Shown in pieces: positions 1 through 10,279 of a stretch of DNA of 64,000 nucleotides. Position numbers and translations under genes: made by a program. Source of the DNA: an uncultured Actinomycetota bacterium (GTDB lineage Bacteria > Actinomycetota > Actinomycetes > CAVWCF01); the NCBI GenBank assembly GCA_963753435.1, contig CAVWCF010000001.1:320001-384000 (forward strand), given 5' to 3'. Under the pieces are notes generated by a model. The model was not told the DNA's origin. It ran no database searches and saw only the letters and a program-made list of their open reading frames with translations. The stretch's first letter is position 1, and every line of letters begins with the position of its first letter.

Positions 1-188
1 GAGGTGACCGTGTACTTGGGGTGCCCGGCGATCGTGTAGGCCAGAGTTGACTTGCCGGAACCGTTCGGTCCCATGACCGCATGGGTCTGACCTGCCGCCA
101 CTGTCAGGTCAACCCCACGCAGGATCTCCCGGGCGCCGGCGTCGGTTTCCACGGAGACGTGGAGGTCGCGAATCTCGAGCGTGCTCAC
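1..188 (-). CDS. sufC: Fe-S cluster assembly ATPase SufC (N-terminal part; runs off the window)
   Basis: Manual translation from GTG 188: [28 protein letters not shown]...[24 protein letters not shown] (Walker A); position in suf operon. Confidence 0.92.
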   Translation of the reverse strand, partial: MSTLEIRDLHVSVETDAGAREILRGVDLTVAAGQTHAVMGPNGSGKSTLAYTIAGHPKYTVT

Positions 189-511
189 GGTGTCTTCTCC
201 TTCAGTGCGACGAGCACCCGCTCGCCGTCGATTTCGATGTCGTGGACGGCTACCGGGACTGTGGCCGGTAGGCCCGTTGGTTGGCCGGTCCCCAGATTGA
301 ACCGGGAGCCGTGCAGCCAGCATTCGATCGTGTCCCCCTCCACGTCACCCTCGGCTAGGGACACATCGGCGTGGGTGCAGGTGTCATCGATCGCGTGCAG
401 TTGGCCGTCTCCGGTGCGCACCACGCACAGCGGGTGGCCGTCCACGATGACCTGGCGTGCCGCACCAACGACGAAGTCGCTGGCCACACCTATCTCGTGC
501 TGCTGGCTCAT
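185..511 (-). CDS. Rieske-type [2Fe-2S] ferredoxin of the suf operon
   Basis: CTH...CWLH Rieske motifs; between sufD and sufC with 4-nt overlaps. Confidence 0.92.
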   Translation of the reverse strand: MSQQHEIGVASDFVVGAARQVIVDGHPLCVVRTGDGQLHAIDDTCTHADVSLAEGDVEGDTIECWLHGSRFNLGTGQPTGLPATVPVAVHDIEIDGERVLVALKEKTP

Positions 512-1611
512 TCGCCCACCTCGCTCAGCTCCGCGTCGATGGCGGAGTTGAGGCGCTCCCGCAGCTCCGGAACCGGGATGCGGGCGATCAGGTCGGCGAA
601 GAAGCCCCGGACCACCATGCGCCGCGCCTCATCGGCCGGGATGCCCCGCGACTGCAGGTAGAACAACTGCTCATCGTCGAAACGACCGGTGGTGCTGGCA
701 TGACCGGCGCCGGCGACTTCGCCGGTTTCGATCTCCAGGTTGGGGACTGAATCGGCCCGAGCGCCGTCGCTGAGCACCAGATTGCGGTTGATCTCGTAGG
801 TGTCGGTCCCGACGGCGTCGGCTCGAATCAGCACGTCCCCGACCCAAACGGCGTGCGCCTCGGCGCCGCGGACGGCGCCCTTGAACTCGACCTTGCTGCG
901 GCAGTGCGGTTGGGAGTGGTCGACGAATAGGCGGTGCTCAAGGTGCTGTCCGGCGTCGGCGAAGTACAGACCCCAGAGTTCGACGTCTGATCCCGGCGCG
1001 GCGTAGTCAACCGTGTGCAGGAGGCGCACCACACGCCCGCCCAGGGTGACCGTGTAGGTACGGGCGGTTGCGTCGCGCCCCACCCGAACGCCCAACTGCC
1101 CCGCATGGACCGTCTCCGCCGCCCACGACTGCAGCAGCACCAGGTTCAGGTGGGCACCGTCTGCGACGTCAACCCACAGGTGCTCGCCCACCTGCGCAGA
1201 GCCGTTGTGCTCGACAACCACAGTCGCTTCGACACCCTTGGCCACGTCGATGCCCAAATGGGACCAAGCCAGGTCCGGTCCGGAACCGGTAAGGGTCAAG
1301 AACACCGGCTCGGCCGGGCTACTGGTGATGGTCAGCAGCGCCGGCTGCTCCGCGTGCGCAACGGCCAGGGCGGCGATCCGGTCGGCCGGCACGACCGCGC
1401 GGCCGCGTGCCGTCGCTGCGTCCAAGACCTGTAGCTCGGCACCGTCGGGCAGCGCCGCCTCAGTGTGGAGGCGGCCGGCAGCCGGCGCGTCCTCCAGCAG
1501 CGGTTTGAGCGCGTTCAGAGGCGAAAAGCGCCAGGCCTCCTCGCGGCCCTGCGGCATCGCGAAGTCTTCGACATCCAGTGAGCGGTGGTGTACCGCATGG
1601 CTCTCGGTCAT
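508..1611 (-). CDS. sufD: Fe-S cluster assembly protein SufD
   Basis: EEAWRFSP, ADSVPNLEIETGEVAGAGHAS, FYLQSRGI motifs. Confidence 0.95.
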   Translation of the reverse strand: MTESHAVHHRSLDVEDFAMPQGREEAWRFSPLNALKPLLEDAPAAGRLHTEAALPDGAELQVLDAATARGRAVVPADRIAALAVAHAEQPALLTITSSPAEPVFLTLTGSGPDLAWSHLGIDVAKGVEATVVVEHNGSAQVGEHLWVDVADGAHLNLVLLQSWAAETVHAGQLGVRVGRDATARTYTVTLGGRVVRLLHTVDYAAPGSDVELWGLYFADAGQHLEHRLFVDHSQPHCRSKVEFKGAVRGAEAHAVWVGDVLIRADAVGTDTYEINRNLVLSDGARADSVPNLEIETGEVAGAGHASTTGRFDDEQLFYLQSRGIPADEARRMVVRGFFADLIARIPVPELRERLNSAIDAELSEVGE

Positions 1612-1614
1612 GGG

Positions 1615-3024
1615 TTAGCCCACGGCCCCTTCCATCTGCAGCTCGATGAGGCGGTTCAACTCCAGGGCGTACTCCATTGGCAGCTCCCGAGCGATCGGTT
1701 CGATGAAACCGCGCACGATCATTGCCATGGCCTCGTCCTCGGCGATGCCTCGACTCATCAGGTAGAAGAGCTGGTCTTCGCTGACCTTCGAAACAGTCGC
1801 CTCGTGCCCCATGGACACGTCGTCCTCGCGGATGTCCACGTACGGGTACGTGTCCGACCGGCTGATGTCGTCGACAAGCAAGGCGTCGCAGCGGACCGTC
1901 GCCTTGCTCCCGTGGGCACCTTCCTGCACCTGGACCAGACCGCGATACGAGGTGCGGCCGCCGCCGCGCGCAACCGACTTGCTGACCACCGAGGAAGACG
2001 TGTTCGGTGCAGCGTGGACCATCTTGGAGCCAGCATCCTGGTGCTGGCCCTCTCCGGCGAAAGCGATTGACAGGGTTTCGCCCTTGGCGTGCTCCCCCAT
2101 CAGCCACACAGCCGGGTACTTCATCGTGATCTTTGACCCGATGTTGCCGTCGATCCACTCCATCGTGGCCCCGGTCTGGGCCACCGCACGCTTGGTCACC
2201 AGGTTGTAGACGTTGTTGGACCAGTTCTGGATGGTCGTGTACCGCACTCGGGCATTGCGCTTGACGATGATCTCGACGACGGCACTGTGCAGGGAGTCGC
2301 TGGAGTAGATCGGTGCTGTGCAGCCTTCGACGTAGTGAACGTATGAGCCTTCGTCGGCGATGATCAGCGTGCGCTCGAACTGACCCATGTTCTCGGTGTT
2401 GATCCGGAAGTACGCCTGCAGCGGGATCTCCACGTGAACGCCCTTTGGCACGTAGATGAACGAACCGCCCGACCACACGGCGGTGTTCAACGCGGAGAAC
2501 TTGTTGTCACCAACCGGAATCACCGAAGTGAAGTACTCCCGGAACAGGTCCTCGTGCTCGCGCAGACCGGTATCGGTGTCCAGGAAGATGACACCTTGCG
2601 CTTCGAGGTCGTCGCGGATCTTGTGGTAGACGACCTCCGACTCGTACTGCGCGGCAACCCCGGCCACGAGCCGCTGCTTCTCAGCTTCCGGGATGCCGAG
2701 ACGGTCGTAGGTGTTCTTGATGTCCTCGGGCAGGTCTTCCCAGGAGGCCGCCTGCTTCTCAGTTGAGCGGACGAAGTACTTGATGTTGTCGAAGTCGATG
2801 GTGCCCAAGTCCCCACCCCAGTTGGGCATCGGCTTCTTCTCGAACAAGCGCAGACCCTTGAGCCTCAGGTCGAGCATCCACTCCGGCTCGTTCTTCTTGG
2901 CGGAGATGTCCCGCACGACGGCTTCGGACAAGCCCCTCGTCGCCACCGCCCCGGCGGAGTCGGGGTCGTGCCAGCCGTACTCATAGGTGCCCAGGCCGGC
3001 AAGGGTTTCGGACTGACTGGTCAT
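1615..3024 (-). CDS. sufB: Fe-S cluster assembly protein SufB (no intein)
   Basis: [34 protein letters not shown]; start ATG 3024 overlaps sufR stop (ATGA). Confidence 0.97.
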   Translation of the reverse strand: MTSQSETLAGLGTYEYGWHDPDSAGAVATRGLSEAVVRDISAKKNEPEWMLDLRLKGLRLFEKKPMPNWGGDLGTIDFDNIKYFVRSTEKQAASWEDLPEDIKNTYDRLGIPEAEKQRLVAGVAAQYESEVVYHKIRDDLEAQGVIFLDTDTGLREHEDLFREYFTSVIPVGDNKFSALNTAVWSGGSFIYVPKGVHVEIPLQAYFRINTENMGQFERTLIIADEGSYVHYVEGCTAPIYSSDSLHSAVVEIIVKRNARVRYTTIQNWSNNVYNLVTKRAVAQTGATMEWIDGNIGSKITMKYPAVWLMGEHAKGETLSIAFAGEGQHQDAGSKMVHAAPNTSSSVVSKSVARGGGRTSYRGLVQVQEGAHGSKATVRCDALLVDDISRSDTYPYVDIREDDVSMGHEATVSKVSEDQLFYLMSRGIAEDEAMAMIVRGFIEPIARELPMEYALELNRLIELQMEGAVG

Positions 3025-3683
3025 GAGGCGGTCCTCCGATTGACGGTTGCAGCAGGTACGTGAGTGGTGCACAGATGGTCGCCGTGCGCGATGGTGGCCA
3101 AGCGCTGCACGTGCGTTCCGAGCAAATCGGCGAAGGCGTCGGTCTCCGCTTCACACAATTGCGGGAACTCCGCCGCAACATGGGCGACCGGGCAGTGGTG
3201 CTGACAAAGCTGAACCCCGTGACCCCCGGTGTCGGCGCTGGCCGCGTAACCGTCTTCGGACAGGGCCTTGGCCAACTCTTGGGCCCGCTGCGGCAAATCC
3301 GCCGCCGTCACGCTGGCGGCGTACCGCTCAGCCAGGTCGGCGGCTCGATCGCGTGCGAACTCGGCTACTCCCTCTTGCCCCGCAACCCGGTGCAAGGCCC
3401 TTAGCGCGGCGGCGGCCAAGTCGTCATAAGCGTCGGGGAATAGGCCACGGCCGGCGTCGGTGAGCGCGAAGTAGCGGGCCGGGCGACCGCGCCCGCGTTT
3501 GCCTATCGGTCCGTACGGCGGTCGCTCCCGGTCCTCAACCAGACCGTCGGCGGCCAGCCCGTCCAGGTGTCGACGCACGGCGGGGGCGGTCAGCCCCAGT
3601 CGGTCCGCGAGCGTTGCCGCGGTTGCCGGTCCCTCACGCAGGAGCGAGTCGAGGACGCGCTCACGGGTGCCGGGCAATTCCAT
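3021..3683 (-). CDS. sufR: SufR, HTH transcriptional regulator of the suf operon
   Basis: N-terminal wHTH (AVRRHLD, RGRGRP); C-terminal HCP...LCEAE...CTTHVP cysteines; first gene of operon. Confidence 0.92.
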   Translation of the reverse strand: MELPGTRERVLDSLLREGPATAATLADRLGLTAPAVRRHLDGLAADGLVEDRERPPYGPIGKRGRGRPARYFALTDAGRGLFPDAYDDLAAAALRALHRVAGQEGVAEFARDRAADLAERYAASVTAADLPQRAQELAKALSEDGYAASADTGGHGVQLCQHHCPVAHVAAEFPQLCEAETDAFADLLGTHVQRLATIAHGDHLCTTHVPAATVNRRTAS

Positions 3684-3703
3684 AACGCCGATGTTACCTA
3701 ATT
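3676..3703. promoter_or_regulatory. Putative SufR operator overlapping a leaderless sufR promoter
   Basis: Perfect spaced palindrome AATT-N3-TAAC-N6-GTTA-N3-AATT covering the -10 (TAACAT on minus) and the ATG. Confidence 0.7.
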
Positions 3704-3778
3704 CCCGAGGTCGTGCGCACCCGCGGCTGCCACCGGCGCGATCCCGGCCGTTCCCGATTGCCTACCTAGACTCCGGCC

Positions 3779-4687
3779 ATGTCTGAGGCCGTACGTGTCG
3801 AGGCGGTCCGCCACGCGTACGGACCCGTACAAGCCCTCGACGGGCTGACCTTCGCCGCGGTTGGCGGGCGCATCACCGGGCTGCTGGGCCGAAACGGCGC
3901 GGGCAAGACCACGACCCTGGAACTGTGCGAGGGCCTGCGCCCCCTCCAGTCCGGGGTGGTCGAGGTCCTTGGGCGTTCGCCCTGGCGGGCCGGGGCCGAC
4001 CACCGGTCCCGGGTGGGGGTTCTGCTGCAAGAAGGCGGCATCCCGCCGGACGCCCGAGTTGGCTCGATGCTGCGCCATGCCGGGCGCCTGTTCGCCCGGG
4101 CAGCGGACCCGGCGGAACTGGCCGAGGAACTTGGCATCGCCAATCTCCTCGGTCGAAGCTTCCGCTCGCTTTCGGGCGGACAGCGCCGCAGCGCGGCCAT
4201 CGCCTGTGCCCTGGTTGGACGGCCCGAGGTGCTGCTCCTGGACGAACCTACGACCGGGTTGGACCCCGCCAGCCGCCGGCTCGTTTGGGATGCCATCCGT
4301 CGGCGAGCTGCCGAAGGAGCAGCCGTCATCTGGTCGACACACGCCATGGACGAGGCGCAGCAGGTAGCGGACCTGGTTGTCATCATCGACCGCGGCCGGG
4401 TTCTGGCGCAGGGGGAACCGAGTGACCTGATGGCGGATGCGCCGGTGCGCGAATTCAACGGACCGGCGAATCTGGATCTGCAGGCGCTACGGCGCGACAC
4501 GTCCGTCGCATTGGACATCACTGAGGTGAGCCCCGGCCGGTACGTCCTCAGCGGCGACATCGGGCCGCGTGCAGTCGCAGCGGTGACCTCCTGGTGCGCA
4601 GATCAGGGCTTCGTCCCCGAGGGGCTGACCACCACCAGCCGCACGCTTGAGGACGTCTTCCTTGACCTGACGGGCGGTGCCCAATGA
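3779..4687 (+). CDS. ABC-2 type exporter ATP-binding protein
   Basis: GRNGAGKTT, LSGGQ, LLLDEPT; TAGACT-N6-ATG leaderless start. Confidence 0.93.
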   Translation: MSEAVRVEAVRHAYGPVQALDGLTFAAVGGRITGLLGRNGAGKTTTLELCEGLRPLQSGVVEVLGRSPWRAGADHRSRVGVLLQEGGIPPDARVGSMLRHAGRLFARAADPAELAEELGIANLLGRSFRSLSGGQRRSAAIACALVGRPEVLLLDEPTTGLDPASRRLVWDAIRRRAAEGAAVIWSTHAMDEAQQVADLVVIIDRGRVLAQGEPSDLMADAPVREFNGPANLDLQALRRDTSVALDITEVSPGRYVLSGDIGPRAVAAVTSWCADQGFVPEGLTTTSRTLEDVFLDLTGGAQ

Positions 4688-5412
4688 CCCGGCCCGCGGC
4701 TGCGCCGGTGCGAATCGCCTCGCACACGGCTTTTGAGGTACGGACCATCCTGAGCAACGGTGAGCAACTGCTCCTGACGGTGCTCCTGCCCGTCGGCGCC
4801 CTCGTCGGTTTGCGCTGGTTGCCCCTGCGCGAGGACGCCAGCGACGCGGACCTGATCGCAGCCGTGCTGGCCCTGGCGGTCATGTCCAGCGCCTTCACGA
4901 GCCTCGCCATTGCCACTGGATTCGAGCGGCGCTACGACGTGCTGCGCTGGTTCGCCGCCTCCCCCCTGGGCCGCACTGGCCTGCTGGCGGCGAAGGCGAC
5001 CGCGGCTGGCGTTGTGATCCTGGGTCAGGTCGTCCTGATCCTGCTGACCGCGGCCGCGCTGGGAATGCGGGTAGACGGGCAGTGGGTGGCCGTTGCCGTG
5101 CTGCTGCTCATGGGAGCCGCAGCGTTTGGCGGCCTCGGATTGCTGCTGGGCGGCACTGCCCGGGCGGCCGCAACCTTGGCGCTGGCGAATCTCCTGTGGC
5201 TGGTTCTGGCCCTGTTGGGTGGGGTGCTGATCCCCCTTGAGTCCTTGCCGGCGGGGCTGGCGGACTTCGTGCGCTGGTTGCCCTCGGCTGCGCTGGCCGA
5301 AGGGCTCAGGTCCGCCTTAGCCGGCGGCTGGGCCCTGGTGCAGTTGGCGGTGCTGGCCGGGTGGACGCTGGTCGGTGCCGCGGGCGCGGGCCGCTGGTTC
5401 CGGTGGACGTAG
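4684..5412 (+). CDS. ABC-2 type exporter permease
   Basis: About 6 TM helices, NGEQLLL and AIATGFERRY motifs, ends WFRW; ATGA overlap with the ATPase. Confidence 0.92.
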   Translation: MTRPAAAPVRIASHTAFEVRTILSNGEQLLLTVLLPVGALVGLRWLPLREDASDADLIAAVLALAVMSSAFTSLAIATGFERRYDVLRWFAASPLGRTGLLAAKATAAGVVILGQVVLILLTAAALGMRVDGQWVAVAVLLLMGAAAFGGLGLLLGGTARAAATLALANLLWLVLALLGGVLIPLESLPAGLADFVRWLPSAALAEGLRSALAGGWALVQLAVLAGWTLVGAAGAGRWFRWT

Positions 5413-5486
5413 GCGAGCGGGAACCGGCCTGAGCCCCGTCTCGTCAGCATTCCTGAAGCAACCAACCAAGATTGTTCAGAAGTTGT

Positions 5487-5514
5487 GCATCCAACCCTGG
5501 GGCGGGGCCGGAAT
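5487..5514 (+). promoter_or_regulatory. Possible SigK/ECF19-like promoter
   Basis: GCATCC-N16-CGGAAT upstream of the DUF4397 gene, resembling the mycobacterial SigK CCATCC...CCGAA pattern; imperfect -10. Confidence 0.4.
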
Positions 5515-5549
5515 AGGTGTCTGTAAGCCATTCCACCTGAGGAGGAACC

Positions 5550-6389
5550 ATGCGCAAGTCGATCGCCGTTGGTTCGGCGGCTCTATTGGCCGCGGGGGGC
5601 CTGCTGGCGGCGACGCCTGCGAACGCCGCCGACGCCACAGTTTCGGTCCTGCACGGCATTCCGGCGGACGCTCTCGGCGGGGCCGCGGCCACCGTCGACG
5701 TGTACGCGAACGGGAACAAGGTCATTGACGACTTCACCCCGGGCAAGCTGGAGACCCTGACAGTTCCTGGCGGCTCCTACGACCTCGTTGTCGCCGCGGG
5801 CGACTCGACCGACGCTTCCACCCCGATCCTGGAGGCCACCGGCGTCGAGGTTCCTGCCGGCGCCAACGCCACCGTCACGGCGAACCTGAACGCCGCCGGA
5901 GATGCGGGTGCGCTGAGCGTGTTCGTGAACGACACCGCCACAATCGCCGCTGGTGAAGGCCGCGTCACGGTCCGTCACATCGCCGCAGCGCCGGAGGTCA
6001 CCATCTCCGCCGACGGCAACGCTCTCGGCAACATCACCAACGCCTCGGGCAGCCAGGAACTCAAGGCTGACGTTCCGGCGAAGACCTACGCGGTCGCCGT
6101 GGCGCCCGCCTCCGGTGGCGACGCCGTCTTCTCGACTGACCTGCCGGTGACCGAGGGCACGAACACCATCGTCTACGCCTGGGGCAGCCTCGCGGACGGC
6201 ACGTTCGCCGTAGCCACCCAGGCGATCGACGGCCTGGGCTCGGCACCGACCGGCGTCCCGGCCGGCGAACTGGGCCTGGCAGCTGACGGCTCCGCCTTCG
6301 CGCCGAACTGGGTGCTGGTGGTCATGCTTACGGCTGGCATCGGTCTGCTCCTGTCGACGCAGCGGCTGTTGGCCCGCGACGAGAGCTGA
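5550..6389 (+). CDS. Secreted DUF4397-family protein with C-terminal sortase-type sorting signal
   Basis: GAGGAGG RBS; signal peptide ending ANA; two repeats (VSVLHGIP..VDVYANG; RVTVRHIAAAP); C-terminal PTGVPAG + hydrophobic helix + charged tail. Confidence 0.8.
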   Translation: MRKSIAVGSAALLAAGGLLAATPANAADATVSVLHGIPADALGGAAATVDVYANGNKVIDDFTPGKLETLTVPGGSYDLVVAAGDSTDASTPILEATGVEVPAGANATVTANLNAAGDAGALSVFVNDTATIAAGEGRVTVRHIAAAPEVTISADGNALGNITNASGSQELKADVPAKTYAVAVAPASGGDAVFSTDLPVTEGTNTIVYAWGSLADGTFAVATQAIDGLGSAPTGVPAGELGLAADGSAFAPNWVLVVMLTAGIGLLLSTQRLLARDES

Positions 6390-6436
6390 ACCGGGCAGAG
6401 TTGAACTACAACTAGACCGTAACTCCGATCGAGGAC

Positions 6437-7144
6437 ATGAGGACGAGAGCCGTGATGACACTCAAGCGATGGTTGCCCGTGGCGGGCATCGCGGGGAGTG
6501 CCGCGGCTCTCGTCCTCGTCCCGATCGTCTCCGGCACGACGAGCGCCCAGCCGGTCGACCAGATCCAGCAGCCCGCGTCCGCACCCAGCAGCACCGCCCC
6601 GGACCCGGACCTCACCGGTCCGGGTGCAGTCACCCCCAGTGCGCCCGCCCAGCCCGCGCCGATCCCAACGGTGGCCGCTGATGCCGCCGCCGAACGGTTC
6701 CTGCCCGTCCAGCTGGAGGTTCCGCGGCTGGCCGTTTCGGCGCCGATCGACCCGACCGGGGTGGCTGCGGACGGGCAGGCTGAAGTTCCGGAAAACGCCG
6801 CCCGAGTCGGTTGGTATCGATTCGGACCGGCTCCCGGTGAGGACGGGGCCACAGTCATCGTGGGGCACGTCGATTCCCGCAAGTACGGCAAGGGCGCGTT
6901 GTTCCCGTTGCGTGAGGCCCAGGTTGGCGATGAGGTACGGATGGCCGTCGCGAGCGGTTCGGAAATGACCTATGAGGTGGTGGACGTGACCCGCTACGAC
7001 AAGGTCACGCTTCCGGCCGAGGAGTTGTTCAAACGGACCGGGGACTCCGTCCTGCACATCATTACGTGCGGTGGCCCCTACGTGCCCAGCCTTGGCGGGT
7101 ACCAGCAGAACCTCGTGGTCACCGCCGTGCCGGTGGTGGCGTGA
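6437..7144 (+). CDS. Class F sortase
   Basis: N-terminal TM, Pro-rich linker, [33 protein letters not shown]. Confidence 0.9.
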   Translation: MRTRAVMTLKRWLPVAGIAGSAAALVLVPIVSGTTSAQPVDQIQQPASAPSSTAPDPDLTGPGAVTPSAPAQPAPIPTVAADAAAERFLPVQLEVPRLAVSAPIDPTGVAADGQAEVPENAARVGWYRFGPAPGEDGATVIVGHVDSRKYGKGALFPLREAQVGDEVRMAVASGSEMTYEVVDVTRYDKVTLPAEELFKRTGDSVLHIITCGGPYVPSLGGYQQNLVVTAVPVVA

Positions 7145-7758
7145 TGAATCAGACCGTTCTGGGCGCGCGGACAGCTGCCTCGGGCGTTACCGTTTCCAGG
7201 GTGCGAACCGAGATTGACCGGGACCTCGAGGCGCGATTCGTCGAAGGCGACGAGCGTGCCCTGGAAGAGGCGTACAAGCGTTGGGCCGGGCTCGTCTACA
7301 CGGTCGCGCTGCGCTCCCTCGGGGACCGCCTCGACGCCGAGGACGTGACCCAGCAGGTCTTCGTCGGCGCCTGGCAGGGCCGGCACCGGTTCAACGCGAC
7401 CTCGGGCACGTTGGGTTCGTGGCTGGTCGGCATCACCCGCAACAAGGTCGCCGATCGGTGGTCGGTTCGAGAGCGGGAACGCAAGGCCACCGACGCCGCC
7501 GCCGGAATGGTGGAGGACCCGCTCCGCCGGCCGGAGCCAGGCCCGGAGGCAGTGGCCGACCGCGTCCTGCTGGCCGATGAACTCGCACAGCTTGGTGACC
7601 CACAGCGACGCATCATGGAACTGGCCTTCTTCCATGACTTGACCCATACGCAGATAGCGAGCCTGCTCGGCATGCCCTTGGGCACGGTGAAGAGCCACAT
7701 CCGCCGCAGCCTCGACCGACTACGACGCAGACTGGAGGTGGATGGTGTCCCCGCATGA
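7144..7758 (+). CDS. ECF sigma factor, SigK-like
   Basis: [10 protein letters not shown] region 2, [23 protein letters not shown] region 4; TGATG coupling to the sortase. Confidence 0.9.
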   Translation: MNQTVLGARTAASGVTVSRVRTEIDRDLEARFVEGDERALEEAYKRWAGLVYTVALRSLGDRLDAEDVTQQVFVGAWQGRHRFNATSGTLGSWLVGITRNKVADRWSVRERERKATDAAAGMVEDPLRRPEPGPEAVADRVLLADELAQLGDPQRRIMELAFFHDLTHTQIASLLGMPLGTVKSHIRRSLDRLRRRLEVDGVPA

Positions 7759-8506
7759 CCAGCATCCTGATGCCGGCGACCTTGCGCTGCGGGCTCTGGG
7801 CGAGTCGCTGACCGCTCAGGACACTCAGCACCTCGCCCATTGCGTCAGCTGTCAGTCCGAACTGGACGAGATCACCGCCATCGTCATGGCCGCTCGCGCC
7901 GTGACCCCGGCCGACCTGCCCGCCGCTCCCCCGGGCCGGGTTTGGGAGGCCATCGCTTCGGAGGCACTGGGTCGACCGGCACCCACCCCGGCAACAACTG
8001 CCCCGGCAGGTGCAGCCGGGCCGGCAAGGCCGTCCCGGCGTGCCCAAAGCCGCCAGGGGCGCTGGTGGAACCGCGTTGAGTGGCCAGGAATGCTGGTCGG
8101 CGCCACCGCCGCGGTGGCCGTATTCGCCGTCGGTGGCGTGGTTGCCACCAACACCATCGGTGGTGATTCCACCGAAGTCATCTCCGCTACCGAACTCGCG
8201 CCCCTGCCGGCCCAGAGCGCGTCCGGTACCGCTTCAGTGGTGTACGTGGACGGCAATCGCGAGCTTGCGCTGGATGTCGCGGACATGCCGCAGACCGATA
8301 GCGCCTACTTCGAGGTGTGGTTGCTGGCCGAGGATGTCTCGAGGATGGTTTCGCTGGGGACGATGGACAGCCCGAGCACCACGCTGCCGATCCCAGCCGG
8401 AGTCGACCTTGCTGACTACCCGGTCGTGGATGTGTCCATCGAGCCCTTCGACGGTGACCCAACCCACTCCAGTGACAGCCTGGTCCGCGGAACGCTGAGT
8501 GTCTGA
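7742..8506 (+). CDS. Anti-sigma factor, RskA-like (ZAS zinc motif, TM, extracytoplasmic domain)
   Basis: HLAHCVSC (HxxxCxxC), central TM, C-terminal YFEVWLL...VDVSIEP..GDPTHS..SLVRGTL. Confidence 0.88.
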   Translation: MVSPHDQHPDAGDLALRALGESLTAQDTQHLAHCVSCQSELDEITAIVMAARAVTPADLPAAPPGRVWEAIASEALGRPAPTPATTAPAGAAGPARPSRRAQSRQGRWWNRVEWPGMLVGATAAVAVFAVGGVVATNTIGGDSTEVISATELAPLPAQSASGTASVVYVDGNRELALDVADMPQTDSAYFEVWLLAEDVSRMVSLGTMDSPSTTLPIPAGVDLADYPVVDVSIEPFDGDPTHSSDSLVRGTLSV

Positions 8507-8526
8507 CAGCGCCTAACATTCGCCCC

Positions 8527-9465
8527 GTGAGGCCCGTCGGAACTGCGACTCGACGAATCTTCCTCGCCGTAATCGTCGCCCAGATCACCATCACCGTCAC
8601 CGGTGGCATCGTGCGGCTCACTGGCTCCGGTCTCGGCTGCCCGACCTGGCCAGAATGCACTGACGGCGCTCTGGCACCCGTCCGCGAACAAGTGGAGGGC
8701 TTGCACAGCTACATCGAGTTCGGCAACCGACTGCTCACCTTCGTTGTCGGTCTGGTGGTGATCGCTTCGATCATCGCGGCCTGGCGGCACCGCCCTCGCC
8801 GCACGCCCCTGGTCCTACTTGCGGCCGCGGGTCTCCTCGGAGTCGTTGGCCAAGCAATCCTCGGCGGCATCACGGTGCTCACCGGGCTTCATCCGGCCAC
8901 GGTCGCGGCGCATTTCCTGCTCTCAATGGTGCTGGTGGCCCTGGCCACAGTGCTGCACTACCGGGGCAATGAATCCGGGGATGGTCCGGCCACTGCGACC
9001 GTACGACCGGAGTTGTACTGGCTGGCCCGTGGGCTGCTGGTGGTTGGCGCGGCGGTGCTGACGGTGGGCACGATCGTGACCGGCTCCGGCCCGCACAGCG
9101 GGGACGCCGATACCCCGGCACGATTCGGATTCGACCCGCGCGTGGTGGCTTGGCTGCACGCGGATCTCGTGATCCTTTTCATCGGCCTGCTGGCTGCATT
9201 CCTGCTGGCTTGTCACTTGGTTCAGGTGCCCACCGCGGTTCGAACCGCTGCCTGGTGGGTGATGGGCGTCGCCCTGGCCCAAGGGCTCATTGGCTACGTC
9301 CAATTCTTCACGGGCCTGCCCGAGGTGCTGGTTGCTATGCACCTGGCCGGGGCGGGCATCTTGTGGGCGCTGGTAGTCCGGATGGCGCTGACCACACGGA
9401 CCCGCTCGGCCGCGTCGCTGTCCGGCGCCGCCTCAGCGCAGCCGGCGCAGCAGCCCGTCGGCTAG
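8527..9465 (+). CDS. ctaA: Heme A synthase (COX15/CtaA)
   Basis: GGIVRLTGSGLGCPTWPEC, IEFGNR, TGSGPH, multiple TMs. Confidence 0.93.
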   Translation: MRPVGTATRRIFLAVIVAQITITVTGGIVRLTGSGLGCPTWPECTDGALAPVREQVEGLHSYIEFGNRLLTFVVGLVVIASIIAAWRHRPRRTPLVLLAAAGLLGVVGQAILGGITVLTGLHPATVAAHFLLSMVLVALATVLHYRGNESGDGPATATVRPELYWLARGLLVVGAAVLTVGTIVTGSGPHSGDADTPARFGFDPRVVAWLHADLVILFIGLLAAFLLACHLVQVPTAVRTAAWWVMGVALAQGLIGYVQFFTGLPEVLVAMHLAGAGILWALVVRMALTTRTRSAASLSGAASAQPAQQPVG

Positions 9466-10266
9466 CGCGTCGGCGGCCGGCGGGTGCTGCTCCAGAAACA
9501 ACGTCGGCTCGGTCAACTCAAGTTCCAGAAGCAGCCACTCTTCAGCCACCGGGACCAGATCCACCCGGGCGAACAGCAAGTCCGCAGCGCCAGCGGCCGA
9601 AATCACCCGCCGCGCGGCCTGGCCCAACTTCTCGGCAACAGGCACGAGTGCATCCGGATCCCCGTGGCCACCCACGGTCAGCGCCGGGACCTTTCGCACC
9701 GCGTGGCTGATCTCCCCGTCGATGAAGACCACGGCCACTTCGCCGGGGTTCTCGACCTCAGCGAAGTACGGCTGCACCAGCACGTCGCGACCGGCGGCGA
9801 GCAACCAATCCGCGTGTTCGCGGGCGGCGGCCCCAGTGGCCAACACTGTGTCGGCCGCGCCGGCGGACACGGCCGGCTTGATAACGACGGGTTGGTCGAT
9901 TGGCGACCAGTGGGGCTGGGCCGGGGTAAGCAGCGTGGTCGGGATCACCGGTACGCCAGTTGCGGCTAGGTCCAACAAGTAGCTCTTGTGGGTATTGGCG
10001 CGCATCACCTCGGGCGGGTTGTGCACTGCCGTCAATCTTGCTGCGCTATCGGCCCAGGCGAGAAACTCGGCCCGACGTCGGTGGTAATCCCACGGCGACC
10101 GGATCAGCGCCGCGTCGAAGCCGGCCCAATCCACGTCGGCGTCCCAGCGATGCACCTCGCAAACCGCAGACCGGCGCGCGAAGGCCGGCAACGCCCACTC
10201 CACGTCCAGATCGGGATCGTCCGGGAGCAACTCCCCGGTGACATACGCAATGCGTACCGGGGTCAC
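9433..10266 (-). CDS. ATP-grasp ligase, RimK/glutathione synthetase-like
   Basis: IRSPWDY, NTHKSYL, VIKPAVSAGA, VQPY, ARVD, LELELTEP; 4-nt overlap region directly after ctaB. Confidence 0.85.
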   Translation of the reverse strand: MTPVRIAYVTGELLPDDPDLDVEWALPAFARRSAVCEVHRWDADVDWAGFDAALIRSPWDYHRRRAEFLAWADSAARLTAVHNPPEVMRANTHKSYLLDLAATGVPVIPTTLLTPAQPHWSPIDQPVVIKPAVSAGAADTVLATGAAAREHADWLLAAGRDVLVQPYFAEVENPGEVAVVFIDGEISHAVRKVPALTVGGHGDPDALVPVAEKLGQAARRVISAAGAADLLFARVDLVPVAEEWLLLELELTEPTLFLEQHPPAADALADGLLRRLR

Positions 10267-10279
10267 GAAGTCACAGCAA

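Noticed and set aside
1615-3024. Intein in SufB
   Set aside because: Normal length (469 aa) with continuous SufB motifs
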